32,000 bases of DNA from Candidatus Electrothrix yaqonensis (lineage in GTDB: Bacteria; Desulfobacterota; Desulfobulbia; Desulfobulbales; Desulfobulbaceae). Below the pieces are notes generated by a model. The model did no database searches. It saw nothing but the letters and a program-made list of their open reading frames with translations, and was not told where the DNA came from. The translations under genes were made by a program, and so were the position numbers. The DNA is taken from positions 3,240,001 to 3,272,000 of the forward strand of contig CP178758.1 in NCBI GenBank assembly GCA_047651235.1, given 5' to 3'. Numbering within the stretch: the first letter of the stretch is position 1; each line of letters starts with the position of its first letter. Positions 8,504 to 16,288 of this stretch are shown one piece after another.

Positions 8504-10129
8504 ATGTCCAAGAAAGACACCGAAACGCCTTCTCCGGCCGGAGACCAGCACAGGATTTTTTCAACGAAAAATCGGTCGTCCGGCATTCTTCTGCATGTTT
8601 CCTCTCTGCCCGGCCCATACGGCATCGGTGATTTCGGTTCCGGCAGCTTTAACTTTATCGATTTTCTTGCTCAGAGCGGCCAGCAGTACTGGCAGGTTCT
8701 GCCCCTCGGGCCGACCCACGAAGTTTTTAGCAACTCGCCGTATATGAGCAGCTCGGCTTTTGCCGGTAATTCGCTGTTCATCAGCCCGGAACAGCTCATC
8801 CGGGACGGCCTGCTGAAAGAGGAAGAAGTGCCTGCGCAGAACTTTTCTCCATATCATGTTGACTTCACAGCTGTATCAGCCTGGAAAAAAACAGTCTTTC
8901 AAACAGCCTGGCAGAATTTCCAGCAGTTGACCACCCCGGAAGGCAGGGAGCGCCTCTTTGCGGAGCTTGTCGGCAGACATCCCTGGATGGAAAAATACAG
9001 CCTGTTTATGGCCTTAAAAGAGCATTTCAGTCAGCAGGGCTGGTTGGAATGGCCTGAACCACTCCGCCGCTGTGAACCGGATGCCGTGCTGGAGGCCGAA
9101 CAGACCTTTGCGGAAGAAATACGCTACTTCCAGTTTGAGCAGCATCTCTTTTTCACGCAGTGGCAGAAAGTGCATGAGTACGCTGCTGCCAAAGGGATAC
9201 GGATTATCGGCGATCTGCCCATCTATGTCGGCCTGGATTCTGCCGATGTCTGGGCGAATCAGGATATTTTTACCCTGTCTCCCGCAACCGGCCGTCCCAC
9301 CCATGTGGCCGGTGTGCCGCCGGATTATTTCAGCAGCACCGGTCAGCTCTGGGGCAATCCTCTGTACCGCTGGCACAGTACCGCTTCGGTCAGAAGGAAA
9401 CTCTATGACTGGTGGGAACAACGCCTAGACACGGTGCTTTCAACCGTGGATGTTATCCGTATTGATCATTTTCGCGGCTTTGAGGCATATTGGTCTGTCC
9501 CGGCTGCAGAAAAAACCGCGCTCAACGGGGTATGGAAAAAAGGTCCCGGAATCGGGTTCTTTGAGGATATGATACGGCGCCTTGGTCGCCTGCCGGTCAT
9601 TGCCGAAGATCTGGGCGTCATCACCCCTGCTGTGGAGAAACTGCGGGATGATCTGGGGTTTCCCGGCATGAAAATCCTGCTTTTCGCCTTTGACGGCACC
9701 CCGGATAACGCCTATCTGCCCCATAATATGACCAGGGACTGTGTGGTCTACACTGGTACGCACGACAACGACACGGCAGTGGGCTGGTATCTCAGCTCAA
9801 AGGTCGCTGAAGGACCAAAAAAGCAGGCTAAACGCTATGCGAACTGCCATGATCCCGATGCCTCGCATTTTCATCTTCAGATGCTCTACTTGGCCCAGTC
9901 TTCCGTAGCCGGGCTCTGCATCATGCCGATGCAGGACGTTCTCGGATTCGGCAATGACTGCCGAATGAACACGCCCGGTACGACAGACGGCAACTGGCAG
10001 TGGCGTTGTGCCCGGCATTTCTTTACCGACCATCTGGCCGGACAGCTCAGAAAAACGGCTGCTCTGTTCGGCAGGCTTCCGGTTCCTGAACAAGAAAAAG
10101 ATCTTGACGAAGACGGGAAAACAGTTTAA
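8504..10129 (+). CDS. malQ: 4-alpha-glucanotransferase (amylomaltase, GH77)
   Basis: The 541-aa ORF carries SGILLHVSSLPGPYGIGDFG, IRIDHFRGFEAYW and YTGTHDNDT motifs. Confidence 0.9.
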   Translation: MSKKDTETPSPAGDQHRIFSTKNRSSGILLHVSSLPGPYGIGDFGSGSFNFIDFLAQSGQQYWQVLPLGPTHEVFSNSPYMSSSAFAGNSLFISPEQLIRDGLLKEEEVPAQNFSPYHVDFTAVSAWKKTVFQTAWQNFQQLTTPEGRERLFAELVGRHPWMEKYSLFMALKEHFSQQGWLEWPEPLRRCEPDAVLEAEQTFAEEIRYFQFEQHLFFTQWQKVHEYAAAKGIRIIGDLPIYVGLDSADVWANQDIFTLSPATGRPTHVAGVPPDYFSSTGQLWGNPLYRWHSTASVRRKLYDWWEQRLDTVLSTVDVIRIDHFRGFEAYWSVPAAEKTALNGVWKKGPGIGFFEDMIRRLGRLPVIAEDLGVITPAVEKLRDDLGFPGMKILLFAFDGTPDNAYLPHNMTRDCVVYTGTHDNDTAVGWYLSSKVAEGPKKQAKRYANCHDPDASHFHLQMLYLAQSSVAGLCIMPMQDVLGFGNDCRMNTPGTTDGNWQWRCARHFFTDHLAGQLRKTAALFGRLPVPEQEKDLDEDGKTV

Positions 10130-10145
10130 ATAGCTATTCACTCAT

Positions 10146-10220
10146 GGCCCCATCGTCTAGCGGTCAGGACGACGGCCTCTCACGCCGTAAACAGGGGTTC
10201 GATTCCCCTTGGGGTCACCA
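10146..10220 (+). tRNA. tRNA-Glu (anticodon CUC), CCA encoded
   Basis: A manual cloverleaf fits: acceptor stem GGCCCCA/TGGGGTC, anticodon stem ACGGC/GCCGT with loop CTCTCAC (CTC anticodon), a GGTTCGATTCC T-arm and a terminal ACCA. It closely resembles canonical bacterial tRNA-Glu. Confidence 0.9.
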
Positions 10221-10231
10221 GGGAAATACAG

Positions 10232-10265
10232 GGAGTCAGCAGAAATACTGCTGACTCCTTTTTTT
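10232..10265 (+). terminator. Rho-independent terminator after tRNA-Glu
   Basis: A perfect 11-bp stem (ggagtcagcag / ctgctgactcc) with a 5-nt loop is followed by TTTTTTT. Confidence 0.8.
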
Positions 10266-10323
10266 GTTTCCCAACACTATCCCCGGCAGATAAACGGATT
10301 TATCTGTCCCGGCTTGTTTTCCG

Positions 10324-10668
10324 CTAACAGGTTAGATGGAAACAGGCGGCAACCTTTCTGCCCTGCTCATGCAGGGTATTGTATTTCTCTGCGGCTTCTT
10401 TGGTGGGCATAACCTCAATTTCAATGCCTCTGCTTTCGAGTTCCCTGCACAGGGTTTGTTCCGGCTGCATCATGCCGGGACTGCCGGTTCCGATGACAAG
10501 AATATCCAGGGCGGCGGCAATGATTTCCTGAATGTCGGGCAGGGAAAGGGTGTGTCCGGCTTTGCGCCACCAAGGATGGAGAATTGTTTTGTCTGGCAGG
10601 ATCATCAGGTCTTTGCGGTAGGGCTTGTTGTTGATTTCCATGCAGCCGAAGGAATAGGAATTGATCAT
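10324..10668 (-). CDS. Mth938/NDUFAF3-like (DUF498) domain protein
   Basis: The ORF track gives 10324..10767. The conserved domain (INNKPYRKDLMILPD...DILVIGTGSPGMM...GIEIEVMPTKEAAEKYN) starts near the internal ATG at 10668. The upstream 33 codons look like read-through. Confidence 0.7.
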   Translation of the reverse strand: MINSYSFGCMEINNKPYRKDLMILPDKTILHPWWRKAGHTLSLPDIQEIIAAALDILVIGTGSPGMMQPEQTLCRELESRGIEIEVMPTKEAAEKYNTLHEQGRKVAACFHLTC

Positions 10669-11033
10669 GGTGTTGTTTTTGGATAGCAGGTAATTGCTTA
10701 ACAACATACTGAAGAGCAAAAAAATTACCCTTCTATTAGGAACTGATGTTACGCAGCCGAAACGCAAAATCGGCAGATTCTACGCTTTGTGCTCAAAACA
10801 GGCAGGGAGCCTGAATCTACATCCTGAATTCCGCCGCTGTCCGCAGGTCGGGTGGATAGTTAGCAGACCAACCGGGTTCCCCGGCCTCGTTCGTTAAAGC
10901 AGCTTGATATCCACAACACATTAATTTAACGATACAGTTTCGATCAACTTGAAAGCTGGATTAATCATTTTTTGGCGGCGCAGTAGGCGGTCAGTTGGAG
11001 CGGCTTATTGGCACCAAGTGCGACCGAGGAAGG

Positions 11034-11077
11034 CGCAAAACAGGGTGTGTCCACATACATAGTTGGGTGAACACGCC
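11034..11077 (-). terminator. Candidate terminator downstream of the Cys-rich gene
   Basis: On the minus strand the sequence reads ggcgtgttcac-N12-gtggacacacc. This is an 11-bp stem with 1 mismatch and 1 G-U pair, followed by ctgtttt. Confidence 0.35.
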
Positions 11078-11089
11078 TTTCACTGCCTG

Positions 11090-11560
11090 CTAACGGCAAG
11101 TTCTCCTGCTACCAAGACCGCGGCATTGTCCAGAAAGGCTGTCACCGTTCTTATGACATCTTTCCCCGTTTGCCAAACGCGTCCTCACACATTCATTTTG
11201 CCCAACTTTGCGGCAGCGCCAGTCGGAACCAGAGAAGAAATCAATGCAATCCTGATCTGTGTTGCAAACACAAATGTCACGATCGCATTGTCCGGTTCTG
11301 CAATCAGAGTTTTTATTGCAGATCTCACCGATTTCTCCATTGATTTTGATACATTCGTTTAGACCGACAGTCTTACAGCGGTATCCTGAAGGGCAGTCAC
11401 AGTTGTCGTTGCAGACGCATTTGCCTCGACGGCACTGGTCGCTCTGGCACTGAGCGTTTCTGTCGCAATCCGCCCCGGATTGCAGTTGTGTGCTCGCCGG
11501 CACGGAAAGCGGCAGCACGGCGCAGACCCGGTTCGCCAGCATCAGCAACAGGGAAATCAT
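11090..11560 (-). CDS. Secreted cysteine-rich protein with 2.5 tandem ~45-aa Cys modules (no family recognised)
   Basis: The ORF track gives 11090..11662. The internal ATG at 11560 yields a signal-like N-terminus (MISLLLMLANRVCAVLPLSVPAS). A repeated pattern follows: G-x2-C-x5-C-x4-C-x4-C-V-C-N...C...R-C-[KR]-x-V-G-x-N-E-C. No good SD precedes either start. Confidence 0.6.
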   Translation of the reverse strand: MISLLLMLANRVCAVLPLSVPASTQLQSGADCDRNAQCQSDQCRRGKCVCNDNCDCPSGYRCKTVGLNECIKINGEIGEICNKNSDCRTGQCDRDICVCNTDQDCIDFFSGSDWRCRKVGQNECVRTRLANGERCHKNGDSLSGQCRGLGSRRTCR

Positions 11561-12053
11561 GCTGGTTCCGCATATTCCGGCCCAGTCCAACCCGTGGAAC
11601 AACGAGTACACGGTGTCTGTCACCACGCAATATACAGAACACGGCTCGACCCGCACCGGCATCTACGGGGGCAGGCTGCGCACACCGCTCACGGTGCCGG
11701 GCCTGTCCTTAGTCTCGCCGCCGGAAACCGGCATTCTTACCGGCAGCGCAGCAACCGCCAATGTCGGGATCAACGCAGGCACACTCACGGCGGACGAGCG
11801 GCTCCGTATCCAGGTCGAGCATGAGCCGGGAAATGATATGCTGATCTTCCGCCTGCTTGATATGCAGGACGGCGGCGCGGCGGGTACGGTTGTTCCGGTC
11901 ACCGGGGACGGGGAATACATTCTGCCCGGATTCACCGGCTCGGCTGTGAGCACCCTGGAGATTACAGTCAATGACTATGCCGCACTCAAGGCAATGGTCG
12001 TCAACGACTACGACGGCAGGCTGGTGGATATTCTGGATGTGAAGATGCTGTGA
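11559..12053 (+). CDS. Hypothetical protein (no recognisable domain)
   Basis: It is the only long ORF covering 11.66-12.05 kb. The opposite-strand ORF (11663..11971) has shadow-like composition. The start is uncertain: GTG 11490, ATG 11559 or ATG 11838. Confidence 0.35.
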   Translation: MLVPHIPAQSNPWNNEYTVSVTTQYTEHGSTRTGIYGGRLRTPLTVPGLSLVSPPETGILTGSAATANVGINAGTLTADERLRIQVEHEPGNDMLIFRLLDMQDGGAAGTVVPVTGDGEYILPGFTGSAVSTLEITVNDYAALKAMVVNDYDGRLVDILDVKML

Positions 12054-12155
12054 GGGGGGATGCGCAGGTTTTATTAAATGCAGCGAAAGCAGATGATTTG
12101 ACTAATGAGTTGTCCGTTTTCTTGTGTTCAGGCCGACCTGTGCTGCTGGCTACTT

Positions 12156-12542
12156 CTAATTGTCAATTGGACCAACAGGGCAATCTGATGGTCGGAGTTC
12201 ATTCCATGTTTGTATGAGTTTTGGCCTTGCCCTTGCGTGCCAGTACTGAATCAGTCTTCTGTCGCGGCTAGCCACAAATCCTGTCAATAGTTTGCAGTCG
12301 AGGATATCGAAGGTTGCATCAATGTTTGGGGTCTTGATGTGAAAATGAGGTGGTGGATGCTCATTGGCGAATATATGGATTTTCAGACCACTTACAGCTC
12401 CGACCTGCTGGCGAATGAAGTGCAGAGTGCCATCATGATCAACCTGAATATTTGAGGCGATGAGTCGGTCGAGTATCTCGGCCAGTTCCTCAATTGTGGA
12501 GGCATTCTGAATGTGATGAGTTATTGCATCGTCTGGGTACAT
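12156..12542 (-). CDS. DUF4160 domain protein with N-terminal extension
   Basis: The 128-aa ORF has the IHIFANEHPPPHFHI signature typical of DUF4160, followed by a W-containing C-terminal helix (QYWHARARPKLIQTWNELRP). Confidence 0.65.
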   Translation of the reverse strand: MYPDDAITHHIQNASTIEELAEILDRLIASNIQVDHDGTLHFIRQQVGAVSGLKIHIFANEHPPPHFHIKTPNIDATFDILDCKLLTGFVASRDRRLIQYWHARARPKLIQTWNELRPSDCPVGPIDN

Positions 12543-12615
12543 GGTATGTATTCAGAGGTATAGCAAAGAATTATACAGAATCGTATATCCTGTCGGTTCA
12601 AGATGATATACAGCG

Positions 12616-12643
12616 GTAGGGTCACGGCGTGCCGTGACCCTAC
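12616..12643. repeat. Perfect 13-bp-arm palindrome just downstream of the ilvC stop
   Basis: gtagggtcacggc gt gccgtgaccctac. The arms are exact reverse complements. No adjacent T-run is present on the minus strand. Confidence 0.7.
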
Positions 12644-12663
12644 GATTCTCCCGCAACCAATCC

Positions 12664-14133
12664 TCAAATAATCGGCTTCATCGCACTCATGTAGCCGCGC
12701 AGCTTTGCGCCGATGGCCTCGATGCCGGTGCTGCGGATGGCCTTATTGACCGCGATCAGCTCCACATTGCTGACGTGGTTGTCCTTCACATCCAGTCCCT
12801 TGCCGATCACGTCGGTGTTCACGGTCTTCATGAAATCCTGGAGCAGGGGATAGGCGGCATGGTTGAACAGGTAGCAGCCGTATTCCGCCGTGTCCGAGAT
12901 CACCACGTTCATCTCGTAGAGCTTTTTCCGGGTGATCAGGTTGGCGATCAGCGGCAGCTCGTGCAGGGACTCGTAATAGGCTGATTCCTCCTTGATACCG
13001 GCGGAAACCATCGTGTCATAGGCCAGCTCCACGCCCGCCTTGACCATCGCCACCATCAGGATGCCCTTGTCAAAGTACTCCTGCTCGCTGATCTCCACAT
13101 CCGCCGCATCGGTTTTCTCAAAAGCGGTCTCGCCGGTTGCTTTCCGCCAGTTCAGGAGATTGGCATCGTCATTGGCCCAGTCCTGCATCATGGTCTCGGA
13201 AAAATGGCCGGACATGATGTCGTCCATGTGCTTATTAAAAAGCGGTGTCATGATCTGCTTCAGTTCCTCGGCTAGAGCATAGGCCCGGATCTTTGCCGGG
13301 TTGGAGAGCCGGTCCATCATATTGGTGATGCCGCCGTGCTTGAGCGCCTCGGTAACGGTTTCCCAGCCGTTCTGGATCAGCTTGACCGCATAGGCCGCAT
13401 CCATGCCCTGCTCAACCATTTTATCAAAACAGAGCAGAGAGCCGGTCTGCAGCATACCACAGAGGATTGTCTGCTCGCCCATCAAGTCGGATTTTACCTC
13501 GGCAACAAAGGAGGATTCCAGACAACCGGCCCGGTCACCGCCGGTACCGCAGGCGTATGCCTTGGCGATATCCCAGCCGATGCCCTGGGGATCGTTTTCC
13601 CGATGCACAGCCAGCAGGGTGGGTACGCCGAAGCCGCGTTTGTACTCCTCACGCACCTCGGTGCCGGGACATTTCGGTGCCACCATAATAACCGTGATGT
13701 CGTCGCGGATCTGCATTCCCTCCTCAACAATGTTGAAGCCGTGCGAGTAGGAGAGACAGGCATTTTTTTTCAGCAAGGGCATAACTGCTGCAATAACATT
13801 GGAATGCTGTTTATCCGGGGTCAGATTGAGGACCAGATCGGCATCAGGCAGCATTTCCTCATAGGTGCCGACTTTGAAGCCGTTTTCCGTGGCCCGTTGC
13901 CAGGACAGCCGCTTCTCGGCAATGGCTGTCTCGCGCAGGGTGTAGGATACATCCTGCCCGCTGTCGCGCAGATTGAGGCCCTGATTCAGGCCTTGGGCAC
14001 CGCAGCCGACAATGACGATCTTTTTCTCTTTCAGGGCTTCCACGCCGTTGAACTCGGAAGCCTCCATAAAACGGCAGCGGCCCAGCTCCTCTAACTGCAG
14101 GCGCAGGGGCAGGGTATTAAAATAGTTGGACAT
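12664..14133 (-). CDS. ilvC: Ketol-acid reductoisomerase, class II (long form)
   Basis: The 489-aa ORF has the N-terminus [23 protein letters not shown], close to E. coli IlvC. It also has the [26 protein letters not shown](H) site. Confidence 0.95.
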   Translation of the reverse strand: MSNYFNTLPLRLQLEELGRCRFMEASEFNGVEALKEKKIVIVGCGAQGLNQGLNLRDSGQDVSYTLRETAIAEKRLSWQRATENGFKVGTYEEMLPDADLVLNLTPDKQHSNVIAAVMPLLKKNACLSYSHGFNIVEEGMQIRDDITVIMVAPKCPGTEVREEYKRGFGVPTLLAVHRENDPQGIGWDIAKAYACGTGGDRAGCLESSFVAEVKSDLMGEQTILCGMLQTGSLLCFDKMVEQGMDAAYAVKLIQNGWETVTEALKHGGITNMMDRLSNPAKIRAYALAEELKQIMTPLFNKHMDDIMSGHFSETMMQDWANDDANLLNWRKATGETAFEKTDAADVEISEQEYFDKGILMVAMVKAGVELAYDTMVSAGIKEESAYYESLHELPLIANLITRKKLYEMNVVISDTAEYGCYLFNHAAYPLLQDFMKTVNTDVIGKGLDVKDNHVSNVELIAVNKAIRSTGIEAIGAKLRGYMSAMKPII

Positions 14134-14273
14134 GATACAATCTCCCTTATGCGGATTAAAAATAGTCGATATAAGGGAGCTATTATTACCCGCAAACAGG
14201 ACGGCGTAAAGTATTTATTTGCTGTGATGGTGCCGGGAGTTCTATTTTGGCAGCTTGGTGAAAAACAACCGGT

Positions 14274-14320
14274 GAAAAGAAATGCGGCACCTGATCTCTG
14301 TCGATCGCGCAGGTGCCGCA
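14274..14320 (-). terminator. Terminator of CZB paralog 1
   Basis: A 10-bp stem (tgcggcacct / aggtgccgca) is followed on the minus strand by TTTCTTTTC. Confidence 0.55.
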
Positions 14321-14358
14321 TAAAAAGGAAGTGAAAAAGGAGAGAAGAGAAAATATTA

Positions 14359-14718
14359 CTACTGCTGCTTGGCCTGCGCTTCCAGATTTTCTAGTATATC
14401 AACAAGCCTATCGCATTTCGTCTTGAAGTGAGCCAATGCCTGCTTTCCTTCCGCGCTTTTTCTTGTTTCTTCCGGCATCTGCACAAGACGTTTGATCTCG
14501 TTATGGACCTCTTTATGGGCAGAGTCAAGCCTGTCTGTTCCGGACAGTTCGGCAAGCTCCTGCAATCCTGAAGAGTAAAGCCATTTGCCGAGTTCGCAGT
14601 GCGTATGATCCGGCACCTGCGAAGCATTCAGCTCTTCTACTCCGTAAAAAAAGTCAGATAATTTTGATTTCCATTGCAGATGTACGATAGTTGCTGCCTG
14701 TAATTTGGCGACGTCCAT
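14359..14718 (-). CDS. Stand-alone CZB (chemoreceptor zinc-binding) domain protein, paralog 1
   Basis: The 119-aa ORF has the CZB 3His/1Cys pattern: HLQW..., DHTHCELGKWLY, AHKEVHNEI. Confidence 0.8.
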   Translation of the reverse strand: MDVAKLQAATIVHLQWKSKLSDFFYGVEELNASQVPDHTHCELGKWLYSSGLQELAELSGTDRLDSAHKEVHNEIKRLVQMPEETRKSAEGKQALAHFKTKCDRLVDILENLEAQAKQQ

Positions 14719-14929
14719 AAGAGCCTCCTTTTTTTATTGCCGATAGAGATAAATTCACTACAATCCTTTCATTAAGAAGTATATGAAATTTACTTTTGAT
14801 TTGTCAAATTATATTTATATTTTCATTATTGATTTGAGTTAATAATTATGCCGGAATGATAATTTTTCAGGTCGGTTTCTGAGAGTCTTGATGAGTTCTG
14901 CCCAGCGGAGAAAAATAATGATCGGCAGG

Positions 14930-14974
14930 AGAAAAGAAAACGGCAGCTGTGACTTGGTTTGCCGCAGCTGCCGT
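14930..14974 (-). terminator. Terminator of CZB paralog 2
   Basis: A 10-bp stem (acggcagctg / cagctgccgt) is followed on the minus strand by TTTCTTTTC, the same T-tract as the paralog 1 terminator. Confidence 0.6.
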
Positions 14975-14999
14975 ATCGGAGGAAAAGAAAATCTACTTG

Positions 15000-15359
15000 T
15001 TATATATTTTTAACTTTTCCCTCCAACGTGTCCAGAATTTCGACAAGTCTGTCGCATTTTTCCCTGAACCGATCCAGAGCCTCTCTCCCTTCCGTGCTCT
15101 TTCTTTGTTCCGGGGACATCTCCACAATCTGTCTGATCTCGTTATGCACTTCTTTGTGCAGCTGTTCGATTTTTTTCATTTCATCAAAACGACCAAAAGC
15201 CCGCAGTCCGACGCTGTATAACCATTTGCCGAAATCACAGTTCGTATGGTCAGAGACCTCTGAAGCTCTCAGCTTTTCCACACCGTGAAAAAAGCCAGAT
15301 AATTTTGCTTTCCAGTGCAGATGTGCTATGGTGGCTGCCTGTAACTGGGTAACGTCCAT
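15000..15359 (-). CDS. Stand-alone CZB (chemoreceptor zinc-binding) domain protein, paralog 2
   Basis: The 119-aa ORF is colinear with paralog 1 over its full length, with roughly half the residues identical by eye. Motifs: HLHW, DHTNCDFGKWLY, LHKEVHNEI. Confidence 0.8.
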   Translation of the reverse strand: MDVTQLQAATIAHLHWKAKLSGFFHGVEKLRASEVSDHTNCDFGKWLYSVGLRAFGRFDEMKKIEQLHKEVHNEIRQIVEMSPEQRKSTEGREALDRFREKCDRLVEILDTLEGKVKNI

Positions 15360-15588
15360 GTGTTCTCCTGTTGCCTGGATTATGTTGAAGGCTATAGAAA
15401 TATCCTTGTTATCTAATTAGCGTAAATAATAATCATTCTTTCTCTGAAAGTCAACAAACATCGTTGATTTCATGCGGGGTTAGAGATGTTTTTTTTATTC
15501 TTCATAGGCTCTTGATTATATGGAACAATTATCAGGGGATAACGAATAACAGCTTCATGTACAGCAGAAGAGGAAGAGGATCCCGGAC

Positions 15589-16053
15589 ATGGCAGTAATC
15601 GAAGCAATTTGTATCAGCAGAAAAAAAGGTATTCCCAAAACAGCGGTGGACCAAGCAACCTTTGAGGTCGGTTTCGGGATCGTGCATGATGCGCACGGCG
15701 GGGACTGGCACCGGCAGGTGTCGCTGCTTGCCGGAGAAAGCATTGACACGGTGAAAAAGCAGTTGCCTCAGTTAAAGGACGGTGCTTTTGCGGAAAACAT
15801 CATTACCAGAGGCCTTGACCTGACCACAGTTGCGGTTGGTGATACGTTGAAAATCGGTGGAGAGATTCTTCTGGAGGTGACCCAGATCGGTAAAAAATGC
15901 CATGACAGCGGCTGCGCAATTAAAAAAGCAACTGGCGACTGTATCATGCCGAAAGAGGGCATATTTGCAAAAGTTCTGCAGGGCGGAGCGGCCAAGGCCG
16001 GTGATTCGATAGAAGTAGCAGAAGTAGCGCAGGCCGATGGTGCTGCGGAATAA
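15589..16053 (+). CDS. MOSC domain-containing protein
   Basis: The 154-aa ORF shows the typical short MOSC pattern: ISRKKGIPK...VHDAHGGDWHRQVSLL...ENIITRGLDL...GKKCH. A GAGGAAGAGGA SD region lies upstream. Confidence 0.75.
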   Translation: MAVIEAICISRKKGIPKTAVDQATFEVGFGIVHDAHGGDWHRQVSLLAGESIDTVKKQLPQLKDGAFAENIITRGLDLTTVAVGDTLKIGGEILLEVTQIGKKCHDSGCAIKKATGDCIMPKEGIFAKVLQGGAAKAGDSIEVAEVAQADGAAE

Positions 16054-16288
16054 GCTGCTGCTGCGTTAAGGAGTATGAGTCAGGATTGCTCTTGCGTCCG
16101 GCAGCTCTGGCAGGAATCACCTTGACTGCCGAACTGATTTGTCGGCATTTTGCAGCATCAGAAATAATCGTGAGTGAAATTTACCGAACCATTGCATATA
16201 TCAATCCAACTGAACCGGCTGCTGTTGTGCCTGATAAAAGGCTGTCGCCGGAGCATCCCGAACAGGGCAACAGGTCTAGTTTTTCATT

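Noticed and set aside
11003-11020. Sigma-54 promoter-like TGGCAC
   Set aside because: The GG-to-GC spacing is off by two nt relative to the TGGCAC-N5-TTGC consensus, and no appropriately placed downstream gene follows.
11063-11362. 99-aa plus-strand ORF
   Set aside because: It is antisense to the Cys-rich modular ORF, whose repeated Cys spacing cannot be accidental.
10221-12650. Duplicate of the tRNA-Glu 3' end as an att site for the adjacent patch
   Set aside because: Only a short resemblance (gggtcac within the 12616-12643 palindrome) was seen by eye. That is insufficient to call a repeat.
13336-14094. 252-aa plus-strand ORF
   Set aside because: It is antisense to ilvC, which is unambiguous. 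It is a shadow ORF.
15360-15588. Possible Moco riboswitch upstream of the MOSC gene
   Set aside because: The region is AT-rich and lacks the GC-rich conserved helices expected for the Moco RNA motif. It more likely holds the divergent promoters for the CZB paralog and the MOSC gene.
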